32,000 nt of DNA, taken from NCBI RefSeq assembly GCF_000354175.2, contig NC_022349.1, forward strand, positions 1,620,001 through 1,652,000, written 5' to 3'. Each line of letters starts with the position of its first letter. Position 1 is the first letter of the stretch. This stretch comes from Vibrio alginolyticus NBRC 15630 = ATCC 17749 (lineage in GTDB: Bacteria > Pseudomonadota > Gammaproteobacteria > Enterobacterales > Vibrionaceae). Below the pieces are notes generated by a model. It made no database searches. It saw only the letters and a program-made list of their open reading frames with translations, and was not told the origin of the DNA. Positions 9,658 to 16,988 of this stretch are shown here, one piece after another. The translations under genes were made by a program, and so were the position numbers.

Positions 9658-10941
9658 TTATAGTGCTGCAAGGCTTAAGCAGAAGCCTGCAATTGTCGCT
9701 GCCATAAGGTTAGACAACGTACCTGCAAGAACTGCTTTAACACCCATGCGAGCGATGTCACTACGACGGTTTGGTGCAAGGCTACCTAAACCACCAAGTA
9801 GAATCGCGATAGAAGAAAGGTTCGCGAAACCACATAGTGCGAATGAGATGATAGCTGTTGTCTTCTCAGACATTACTTCACCAGTTGCCGCGATTACTTG
9901 AGCGTTTTCACCTAGGTATGGTGTGAAGTTCAAGTAAGCAACGAATTCGTTCACTACGATTTTCTGACCGATGAATGAACCAGCTGTTACAGCTTCTGCC
10001 CATGGAACACCGATTAGGAATGCTAGTGGAGAGAACGCGTAACCTAGGATTAGCTCTAGTGTTAGTTCTGGCATGCCGAACCAACCACCGATGCCACCTA
10101 GCATACCGTTGATTAGCGCGATTAGACCAACGAATGCGATTAGCATTGCACCTACGTTAAGCGCAAGTTGTAGACCAGAAGCCGCACCGCCCGCAGCTGC
10201 GTCGATTACGTTAACTGGTTTGTCGTCACCGCCGTCCATCGCTTCTTCGATACTTTCGTGAGGCTGGTCAGTCTCTGGGTGAAGGATTTTAGCGAACAGT
10301 AGACCACCTGGTGCTGCCATGAATGATGCCGCAACTAGGTACTCTAGTGGAACACCCATAGATGCGTAACCAGCTAGTACACCACCAGCAACAGAAGCTA
10401 GACCACCACACATTACCGCGAATAGCTCTGATTGAGTCATTTTTGGAACGAATGGGCGAACAACTAGAGGTGCCTCAGTTTGACCTACGAAGATGTTAGC
10501 TGCCGCTGACATTGATTCCGCACGCGAAGTGCCTAGCGCTTTTTGTAGTGCGCCACCAAGAATCTTGATAACCCATTGCATAACGCCAATGTAGTAAAGA
10601 ACTGAAATCAGTGCAGAGAAGAAGATCAGTGTAGGAAGAACACGGAATGCGAAGATGAAACCGCCGCCGCCGAATACTTCGAACATCTTGTCAGAAACAA
10701 GACCACCGAACAGGAATGATGAACCATCGTTACCGTAGTTGATAACGTTAGAAACACCTGAAGAGAAACCGTTTAGTAGATCACGGCCCCAAGGTACATA
10801 CAGAACAAATGCACCTAATGCGAATTGGATAGCGAATGCGCCACCCACAGTTCTAAAGTTGATAGCTTTTCGGTTGTTAGAAAATGCCACTGCAATCGCA
10901 AGAAGCACTACCATACCGATTAGGCTCATAAACAGGCTCAT
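9658..10941 (-). CDS. nupC: Nucleoside permease, NupC/CNT family
   Basis: 427-aa polytopic membrane protein. The C-terminal blocks [12 protein letters not shown] and [15 protein letters not shown] match E. coli NupC (SNEFVAM, SFANFSSIGII). SD AAGGA lies 9-10 nt upstream of the ATG. Confidence 0.93.
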   Translation of the reverse strand: MSLFMSLIGMVVLLAIAVAFSNNRKAINFRTVGGAFAIQFALGAFVLYVPWGRDLLNGFSSGVSNVINYGNDGSSFLFGGLVSDKMFEVFGGGGFIFAFRVLPTLIFFSALISVLYYIGVMQWVIKILGGALQKALGTSRAESMSAAANIFVGQTEAPLVVRPFVPKMTQSELFAVMCGGLASVAGGVLAGYASMGVPLEYLVAASFMAAPGGLLFAKILHPETDQPHESIEEAMDGGDDKPVNVIDAAAGGAASGLQLALNVGAMLIAFVGLIALINGMLGGIGGWFGMPELTLELILGYAFSPLAFLIGVPWAEAVTAGSFIGQKIVVNEFVAYLNFTPYLGENAQVIAATGEVMSEKTTAIISFALCGFANLSSIAILLGGLGSLAPNRRSDIARMGVKAVLAGTLSNLMAATIAGFCLSLAAL

Positions 10942-11006
10942 AGTTTATGACTTCCTTATAAGTTATTTATTGGCGTGTTACAAAATGGAGCTATAAAGCG
11001 GGGGCA

Positions 11007-11049
11007 ATTATACTCATGCAGAATCAATTAAAGTAATGCCAGCCTCACA
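11007..11049 (-). promoter_or_regulatory. Predicted nupC promoter core: perfect -10 TATAAT plus a proximal CRP-like site
   Basis: Minus-strand TATAAT is the complement of 11007-11012. The corresponding -35 is poor (TACTTT). The 16-mer at 11034-11049 reads TGTGAGGCTGGCATTA on the minus strand, with a perfect TGTGA half. It is centred at -41.5 relative to a TSS predicted at about 11000. Confidence 0.5.
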
Positions 11050-11085
11050 CTTTCCTATAAGATTCATGATTGATTCAACCAGCTT

Positions 11086-11101
11086 TGTGAGTTAATTCAC
11101 A
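11086..11101. promoter_or_regulatory. Consensus CRP binding site upstream of nupC
   Basis: TGTGA-gttaat-TCACA, with both half-sites perfect. It lies 52 bp centre-to-centre from the proximal site, at predicted -93.5. Confidence 0.7.
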
Positions 11102-11145
11102 ATAAGCAGGAAAACGTTTTCGATTTCAAACCACATCTTTAGATT

Positions 11146-11919
11146 TTATTCACATATCGAGAAAGCAAAATTGCTATTTTTCCACAGTTGAGAGGCAATC
11201 GATTGCTTTCGGCCGTTATGCAACTCTACGAGCTCATTAAAGACGTGAATGAGTTTGGCTGGGTGATTTGACTCCCCTTGATATCCAAGTATAGGCATAT
11301 CTGGTGCGTCTGTTTCGATTACTAGGTTTTCGAGTGGTAATTTTTGAATTGCGTCGCGTGTTTTCTTGGCTCTTGGGTAGGTAATCGTTCCTCCTACACC
11401 GATAAAAAAACCTAATTTGACCCACTCCATGGCTTGCTGATAACTCCCAGAAAAAGCGTGTAGCACACCACCTCTAGGGAGATTCGCCGCTTTCACCATT
11501 TGAATGAGGCGATTGTGCGCTTTTCGGCTATGTAAAATAACTGGGAGTTCGAAGCGTCTAGCCAGCTCAAATTGAACTTCAAGTATCTTTTCTTGCAACT
11601 GTGGATCAACATCAATGGCAAAATCTAAACCACACTCTCCTATTGCCACGCACTGCTGCCCTTTTTGATTTAGATAGCCTTCTAGCTCTGTAAGGTACTG
11701 CTCAACGTTATCTTCAAGAAAATACGGATGAAAGCCGAGCGCATAATACAAATTGGCATGTTGCTCTACCAAAGTTTGAATACGAGCCCAGTTTTGCGGA
11801 CCGACGGAAGGAATCAAAATTCTTGCGACGCCTTGCGTTTGAGCAAGCTCAAGTTGATGTGCAAAGTCATCTTGAAACACATCAAAATCAAAGTGGCAGT
11901 GCGTATCAAAGAGCTTCAT
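11146..11919 (-). CDS. yjjV: TatD-family metal-dependent hydrolase (YjjV-like)
   Basis: The ORF track gives 11146..12021. Homology to E. coli YjjV (..FIDTHCHFDF..) starts at MKLFDTHCHFDF, whose ATG is the complement of 11917-11919. Shared blocks: LPVILHSR, GVGGTITYPRAKKTRD, ETDAPDMP. Confidence 0.9.
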   Translation of the reverse strand: MKLFDTHCHFDFDVFQDDFAHQLELAQTQGVARILIPSVGPQNWARIQTLVEQHANLYYALGFHPYFLEDNVEQYLTELEGYLNQKGQQCVAIGECGLDFAIDVDPQLQEKILEVQFELARRFELPVILHSRKAHNRLIQMVKAANLPRGGVLHAFSGSYQQAMEWVKLGFFIGVGGTITYPRAKKTRDAIQKLPLENLVIETDAPDMPILGYQGESNHPAKLIHVFNELVELHNGRKQSIASQLWKNSNFAFSICE

Positions 11920-12103
11920 CTTGACGCTTTTTATCTGTATCTGCGGGCAGAAAATCAGAGGATGGTTGGGCTTCACTCTTCTCTTCAGTTTGATGGGCTG
12001 GGTCTTTTCGATATGGGACACAACTGCGTTTCTGATCGGGAGTTAACCCCATCTCTTTACACCAGTTGTCGTAACGCTTTAGCCCACGTTTAAACCAATT
12101 CAT
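11906..12103 (-). CDS. Hypothetical 65-aa basic/acidic protein, apparently translationally coupled to yjjV
   Basis: ATG with SD AAGGA 7 nt upstream (minus strand: TATAAGGATAAGATATG). Its stop (TGA, complement of 11906-11908) lies 14 nt inside yjjV, giving ..CAAGATGAAGCTCTTTGA. The product MNWFKRGLKRYDNWCKEMGLTPDQKRSCVPYRKDP... is not low-complexity in its first half. I am not certain of any family assignment. Confidence 0.45.
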   Translation of the reverse strand: MNWFKRGLKRYDNWCKEMGLTPDQKRSCVPYRKDPAHQTEEKSEAQPSSDFLPADTDKKRQDEAL

Positions 12104-12116
12104 ATCTTATCCTTAT

Positions 12117-12160
12117 ATAAAAACGCCCTTGGCTAAGTTTATAGCCAAGGGCGTTTTAAA
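12117..12160 (-). terminator. Rho-independent terminator of prfC
   Basis: Stem AAAACGCCCTTGGCT, loop aagtttat, stem AGCCAAGGGCGTTTT (15-bp stem). On the minus strand it is followed by UUUUUAUAU. It starts about 40 nt after the prfC stop. Confidence 0.85.
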
Positions 12161-12197
12161 ATCTAGCTTGCGTTACGGCTTACCCTAACCGCGCAAA

Positions 12198-13787
12198 TTA
12201 GTGCTCACGTGTCGCACGGAAATCAACGTCAGGAAAACGCTCTTTCGCTAAGTTTAAGTTAACCATTGTTGGAGCGATATACGTTAGGTTATCACCACCA
12301 TCCAATGCTAAGTTCGCTTGATTCTTGCGTTGGAACTCATCCAGTTTCTTCGCATCACCACACTCAACCCAACGCGCAGTTGCAACGTTAATGCCTTCAT
12401 AAATCGCTTCAACGTTATACTCAGACTTCAAACGAGCCACAACAACATCAAACTGAAGTACACCAACGGCACCAACGATCAGATCGTTGTTCTGTAGAGG
12501 ACGGAATACCTGTACCGCACCTTCTTCTGATAGCTGAACCAAACCTTTGAGAAGCTGCTTCTGCTTTAGTGGATCTTTCAGGCGAATACGACGGAATAGT
12601 TCCGGAGCGAAGTTCGGAATACCAGAGAACTTCAGTGATTCACCTTGCGTAAAGGTATCACCAATCTGAATAGTGCCGTGGTTGTGTAGACCAATGATGT
12701 CACCGGCGTAAGCGTGTTCTGCACGTGCACGGTCACCAGCCATAAAGGTTACTGCATCAGAGATACTCACTTGCTTGCCAAGACGAACGTGGTTCATCTT
12801 CATACCTTGCGTGTAAGTGCCCGATACAATACGCATGAATGCGATACGGTCGCGGTGTTTTGGGTCCATATTCGCTTGGATCTTAAATACGAAACCAGAG
12901 AACTTCTCTTCAGTCGCTTCAACTTCACGTTCAACCGCTTGACGAGTTTTCGGCGCTGGAGCCCATTCAGTTAGACCGTCTAGCATATGATCCACACCAA
13001 AGTTACCTAATGCAGTACCGAAGTAAACTGGCGTCAGGTCACCTGTTAAGAACATTTCCAAATCAAACTCAGGGCAAGCACCCATAACAAGCTCAAGCTC
13101 TTCTCGAACACTTTCCGCAAGGCCTGCACCAACTTTTTCATCAAGCTCTGGGTTATCGAGACCTTTGATGATTCGAACTTCTTGAATCTCATGACCGTGA
13201 CCTGATTCGTATAAAATCGTTTCATCACGGTGAATGTGGTAAACACCTTTAAACTCTTTACCACAGCCGATTGGCCATGTGATTGGCGCACACATCATGC
13301 CCAATTCGTTTTCTACTTCATCCAATACTTCCATTGGATCACGAACGTCACGGTCAAGTTTGTTCATGAAGGTTACGATTGGCGTGTCACGTAGACGTGT
13401 AACTTCCATTAGTTTACGAGTACGGTCCTCAACACCTTTCGCTGCATCGATAACCATCAGACATGAGTCAACTGCCGTTAGAGTACGGTAAGTATCTTCC
13501 GAGAAGTCTTCGTGTCCAGGCGTATCAAGTAGGTTTACCAGACAATAGTTGTAAGGGAACTGCATTACAGAAGTAGTAACCGAGATACCACGTTCCTTTT
13601 CCATTTCCATCCAGTCTGATTTTGCGTGCTGTGCGTTACCACGACCTTTAACCGTACCTGCTTTTTGGATCGCGTTTCCGAATAACAGTACTTTTTCAGT
13701 AATGGTGGTTTTACCCGCATCCGGGTGAGAAATAATAGCGAACGTTCTGCGCTTAGACACTTCGCCTAAAAAAAGGGGATTTGACAT
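12198..13787 (-). CDS. prfC: Peptide chain release factor 3 (GTPase)
   Basis: 529 aa. [16 protein letters not shown] (G1), DTPGHEDF (G3), NKLD (G4). Length and sequence are typical of RF3. Confidence 0.97.
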   Translation of the reverse strand: MSNPLFLGEVSKRRTFAIISHPDAGKTTITEKVLLFGNAIQKAGTVKGRGNAQHAKSDWMEMEKERGISVTTSVMQFPYNYCLVNLLDTPGHEDFSEDTYRTLTAVDSCLMVIDAAKGVEDRTRKLMEVTRLRDTPIVTFMNKLDRDVRDPMEVLDEVENELGMMCAPITWPIGCGKEFKGVYHIHRDETILYESGHGHEIQEVRIIKGLDNPELDEKVGAGLAESVREELELVMGACPEFDLEMFLTGDLTPVYFGTALGNFGVDHMLDGLTEWAPAPKTRQAVEREVEATEEKFSGFVFKIQANMDPKHRDRIAFMRIVSGTYTQGMKMNHVRLGKQVSISDAVTFMAGDRARAEHAYAGDIIGLHNHGTIQIGDTFTQGESLKFSGIPNFAPELFRRIRLKDPLKQKQLLKGLVQLSEEGAVQVFRPLQNNDLIVGAVGVLQFDVVVARLKSEYNVEAIYEGINVATARWVECGDAKKLDEFQRKNQANLALDGGDNLTYIAPTMVNLNLAKERFPDVDFRATREH

Positions 13788-14072
13788 TAGTTAATCTTCT
13801 AAATTACTTTCATGCTCACAAAATAGGCAAGCATATCTACTATTCGATATTGTGCGGTATTCTCGCTTATTATCGCTGTGCTAGCAAACTGGAAAGACAT
13901 GAACTGAATTTACTCGGCTCACCAGCCTTTACCTGCAACTAACAAGGGAAAGCCAGCTCCACACAAAGAGATGTAAAAATTCAAAAAATTATTATTACAT
14001 ATTCAAAAGCCTCGAATCCGGATACGCATTTAAAGCATAAGTGTTGATGAGGTAATTAGTAACGGCCTAAAA

Positions 14073-14528
14073 CTAACTCAAAAATAAGTAACTCATGATA
14101 ATGGCGTCTTCCTTACCATTTCCCGATTTAGCTGGGTAATAGTTGTAACGACGGTCCACTTCATTAAAACCTGCTTGCTCATAAATATGGATAGCTGGGT
14201 GATTACTTTCACGCACTTCTAACCAAGCACTCTCTGCTTTGGCTTGTTCACAGTATTCAATAAACGCGTCCAGCAATTTTTGCCCTAGCCCTCTGCCCTG
14301 TTGAGAAGGCGCTACTGCAATATTTAATAGTGTCACTTCTCCAACAATATTCTGTCCATAGAAGTAACCAACCACTTGAGAGCCTTCCAGCATCACATGA
14401 TGGCAAGCACCGCGACTGGATAAGTCACGAACCAAAGATTCGGCCCAAGGGTGAGAATGTGCTTGCTGCTCGATTTGCCAAACTTGGTCGAGGTGCTCTG
14501 CACGCATCGGCGTAATTTCAATTGTCAC
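14073..14528 (-). CDS. rimI: Ribosomal-protein-S18-alanine N-acetyltransferase
   Basis: 151 aa with a GTG start preceded by GGAG at a 7-nt spacing. IEQQAHSHPW and QGRGLGQKLL (GNAT motif A) align with E. coli RimI. It lies immediately downstream of holD, as in E. coli. Confidence 0.9.
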   Translation of the reverse strand: MTIEITPMRAEHLDQVWQIEQQAHSHPWAESLVRDLSSRGACHHVMLEGSQVVGYFYGQNIVGEVTLLNIAVAPSQQGRGLGQKLLDAFIEYCEQAKAESAWLEVRESNHPAIHIYEQAGFNEVDRRYNYYPAKSGNGKEDAIIMSYLFLS

Positions 14529-14540
14529 GCATTAGCTCCG

Positions 14541-14942
14541 TTAAGAAGAGTACGAACAGATTTGTTGCCACAATGCGCGGCGCTGTTCGTTATTACCATC
14601 AATATCTTGTAATAGTGGCGAGGTCAGGTGCTTTGCCTTGATGCTTTGATCAGCCTCACAGCCTGCAAACCACACCCACTCTAGCTGATGTTCACCCAGC
14701 ATGGATAAGCGCTCAGGCTCTAGGTGTAGCGCATCATCAAGCGTGAGCTTAATGCTTTTTAATACGCGCTCAAACATCAATGCCGTCTCGTTTTCTGGAC
14801 ATATTGGCGATACCAATAGGAGTTTACATGAACTTTGCAAATCCAATAATGGCGATTGATAGCCTTCCAGTCTTTCAGGGTGTACCAGCTCCCATGTGCT
14901 GATCCCCATTTCACGTAAATACTGTTTCTCGTTAATTGACAT
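14541..14942 (-). CDS. holD: DNA polymerase III psi subunit
   Basis: 133 aa. The C-terminal RRALWQQICSY matches E. coli HolD (RAALWQQICTY). The holD-rimI order is conserved. Confidence 0.88.
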   Translation of the reverse strand: MSINEKQYLREMGISTWELVHPERLEGYQSPLLDLQSSCKLLLVSPICPENETALMFERVLKSIKLTLDDALHLEPERLSMLGEHQLEWVWFAGCEADQSIKAKHLTSPLLQDIDGNNEQRRALWQQICSYSS

Positions 14943-15101
14943 TTTCCGTCACCTATTTGAACGAGGGCAATCCTATCAAATTATCGCGATTATACCTAAA
15001 GGACTTCAAGGGACACCTGAACACAATGAGATGATTTGGATATTCCTGAACATAGCGTTTTGCCAACGGCCACACATTGGGTATGACATATGAGGTACAT
15101 T

Positions 15102-15548
15102 ATGAAATTCTTAAATACGCTACTACTTTGCACACTGGTAGCCGCCACCAGCGTGAGTGTTTTTGCTAATAACAGCGATGAGTGGGAGCTGATTGCAACG
15201 AAAACCGTTAACTTTCATACAGAAACAGATACCGTGACACCAAATAGCCTATTCCGAAACCGAAGCTTCAGTAAAATAAAACTAAAATGTGTGCAAGGAA
15301 CGGTAGACATTAATAGTTTAAAAGTCGTCATGACAGATGGTAGTGAGAAAAAGCTTTCCTCGATGGGCGTACTAACAAGCGGATTGTCGACTCGTGCCTG
15401 GAGCCTTCCAGGCACAAAAGAAGCCAAGCTAAAACAGATTGAAATGACTTACAGTAGCTGGGGAAGCACAAAACTTAGCCTGCTAGGGGTAAGTAAAAAA
15501 GCGAAAATAGAGGTCTGGGGCAAAAAGAAAAGTAACCCGTCATCGTAA
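15102..15548 (+). CDS. Secreted small protein, possibly DUF2541/YaaI-like
   Basis: The ORF track starts at 15090. The ATG at 15102 has GAGG 7 nt upstream and gives MKFLNTLLLCTLVAATSVSVFA-NN, a typical Sec signal peptide. The mature part (..FSKIKLKCVQGTVDINSLKVVMTDGS..IEVWGKK) resembles the pattern of E. coli YaaI as I recall it. The family call is tentative. Confidence 0.75.
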   Translation: MKFLNTLLLCTLVAATSVSVFANNSDEWELIATKTVNFHTETDTVTPNSLFRNRSFSKIKLKCVQGTVDINSLKVVMTDGSEKKLSSMGVLTSGLSTRAWSLPGTKEAKLKQIEMTYSSWGSTKLSLLGVSKKAKIEVWGKKKSNPSS

Positions 15549-15575
15549 CCTCCCTATCTCAGTTTTCAGTGAATA

Positions 15576-15608
15576 AGAAAGAAGCCCACATAGTCGTGGG
15601 CTTCTTTC
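15576..15608. terminator. Bidirectional terminator between the DUF2541-like gene and yhbS
   Basis: Stem AGAAAGAAGCCCAC, loop atagtc, stem GTGGGCTTCTTTC. It sits between convergent stop codons. Confidence 0.8.
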
Positions 15609-15610
15609 AT

Positions 15611-16114
15611 TTACAGTTCAGAGAACTCTGGCGCATAGTCTATACGTCCGGAGCGTCCGGCACATTGACCTTCGACCAACTCTGCGATTCGAAATGCACC
15701 TTTAGGGACATCCCAAGCACATTCAAAGCCCATCTCGTCGCATGATTGAAAACCCTGGCGCGCGTAATAATCAGGATCGCCCAACACCACACACACTGGA
15801 TAGCCAAAATCACGCAGTGAATCAAAACCTTCTTTGATCAACTCTGCAGCGATGCCTTGGCGACGGTAATCTTCATGAACAGCTAATGGCGCTAGCCCTT
15901 GCCATGACAAATCTTCACCATTTAAGGTCACAGGGCTAAATAAAGCATGGCCTATCACCTCTCCCTCATCTGTACACGCGACTAAGGAAAGCGTGAATTT
16001 GCTGTTTTCGCGCAAACGCATCACAAGCTCAGCTTCAGCTTCCGTCGGGAAGGCGTGTTTCAATAAGCGGTCAATGGTAAGAATGTCCGCTGGGGCTTCA
16101 GTTCGAATAAGCAT
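15611..16114 (-). CDS. yhbS: GNAT family N-acetyltransferase (YhbS-like)
   Basis: 167 aa. MLIRTEAPADILTIDRLLKHAF and FSPV..GEDLSWQGLAPLAV..YRRQGIA are colinear with E. coli YhbS (MLIRVEIPIDAPGIDALLRRSF..). Its ATG lies 17 nt inside the end of ubiT. Confidence 0.88.
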   Translation of the reverse strand: MLIRTEAPADILTIDRLLKHAFPTEAEAELVMRLRENSKFTLSLVACTDEGEVIGHALFSPVTLNGEDLSWQGLAPLAVHEDYRRQGIAAELIKEGFDSLRDFGYPVCVVLGDPDYYARQGFQSCDEMGFECAWDVPKGAFRIAELVEGQCAGRSGRIDYAPEFSEL

Positions 16115-16631
16115 TCGCTACTCCGGTTGGTTGTGCAGGCGCTTGAACTCCTTTCTGAACAAAATCAGCCAATTGATTCAAAGCGACTTGCATTGCTTTC
16201 GGTAACTGCTCTAAGTCGACACTGTCCATTAAGTTTTTCACTTCTAAGCCAAGCTCAGTATCACCTTCAATTGAAAGGCGACGTTGGAAGAACAGTGTGT
16301 CAGGGTCTTCTTTACGACCAGCAATCAGTACTAGGTCGTTTAGATTACCACTAAAACTCACATCTTCCTGAACTGGTTTTTCAGCTACCACCAATTTTTC
16401 GTCTTGATAGCTGATGTACCATGCTAAGTTCAAGTCTTTAATCGCAACTTTTAACCACTTGTCTTCAAGGAACTCAAAGTCACCATCTTCCAAGGCTTCT
16501 TTAAACACCATTTTTAGCCCTTCTAGCAACGCTTTTTGCTGAATTGGCTGTGGTAATAACTGGACTGGAGAACGCAAAATATTAGCTGCGTTCTTTACTA
16601 GTTGACTGCGAATCTTGTTTAACACGTTCAT
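16098..16631 (-). CDS. ubiT: SCP2-domain ubiquinone biosynthesis accessory factor UbiT (YhbT)
   Basis: 177 aa. DVSFSGNLNDLVLIAGRKEDPDTLFFQRRLSIEGDTELGLEVKNLMDSVDLEQLPKA is almost identical in pattern to E. coli YhbT/UbiT. Confidence 0.9.
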   Translation of the reverse strand: MNVLNKIRSQLVKNAANILRSPVQLLPQPIQQKALLEGLKMVFKEALEDGDFEFLEDKWLKVAIKDLNLAWYISYQDEKLVVAEKPVQEDVSFSGNLNDLVLIAGRKEDPDTLFFQRRLSIEGDTELGLEVKNLMDSVDLEQLPKAMQVALNQLADFVQKGVQAPAQPTGVANAYSN

Positions 16632-16659
16632 TATCCGTTACTTTGTCATTAGGTTGCTT

Positions 16660-16701
16660 ATATTAAGCAATCGTGGCGATGAGATTACTGTTATGTATCA
16701 A
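16660..16701 (-). promoter_or_regulatory. Candidate FNR-dependent class II promoter of ubiT
   Basis: The minus strand reads TTGAT-acat-AACAG (complement of 16688-16701), an 8/10 match to the FNR consensus TTGAT-N4-ATCAA. It is centred exactly 41.5 bp upstream of a TSS predicted from the -10 TAATAT (complement of 16660-16665). That -10 lies inside the perfect palindrome TTGCTTA-tat-TAAGCAA (16654-16670). Confidence 0.35.
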
Positions 16702-16796
16702 TAAAGTGCTTATTTTAGATTGGTGGTTTATTGCTCACTAACGCTTCTTTTTTTGAACTTACGTGTATTATTGATGCGAACAGGTGGATAAACACT

Positions 16797-16824
16797 TTTA
16801 CAACCGTATTTTCAAAGTTATAGT
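16797..16824 (+). promoter_or_regulatory. Candidate sigma-70 promoter for the GGDEF-EAL gene
   Basis: -35 TTTACA (16797-16802), 16-bp spacer, -10 TATAGT (16819-16824). This implies a leader of about 160 nt. Confidence 0.35.
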
Positions 16825-16988
16825 TATCTGAGCGTATCCATGTGATTGTCGACTGCACAGCTAAAACCGCGAGCCCTTTAATGGCAAGTAACACTTTGGC
16901 TTGGTGGTAGATCGCCGCAGGCTTATCAGGGTGTCGCTTTTTATACACGGACGAATAATCTGGCTCATTGGAGATCGGTAATACCCTA

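Noticed and set aside
11920-12021. 34-codon N-terminal extension of the yjjV ORF
   Set aside because: Homology to TatD/YjjV proteins begins at MKLFDTHCHFDF. The extension overlaps the better-supported 65-aa ORF in another frame.
13788-14072. 285-bp rimI-prfC gap (the slot occupied by yjjG in E. coli) examined for a small gene or sRNA
   Set aside because: Only very short ORFs (33 aa at most) without an SD were found, and no hairpin with a U-tract on either strand. It probably just holds the prfC promoter.
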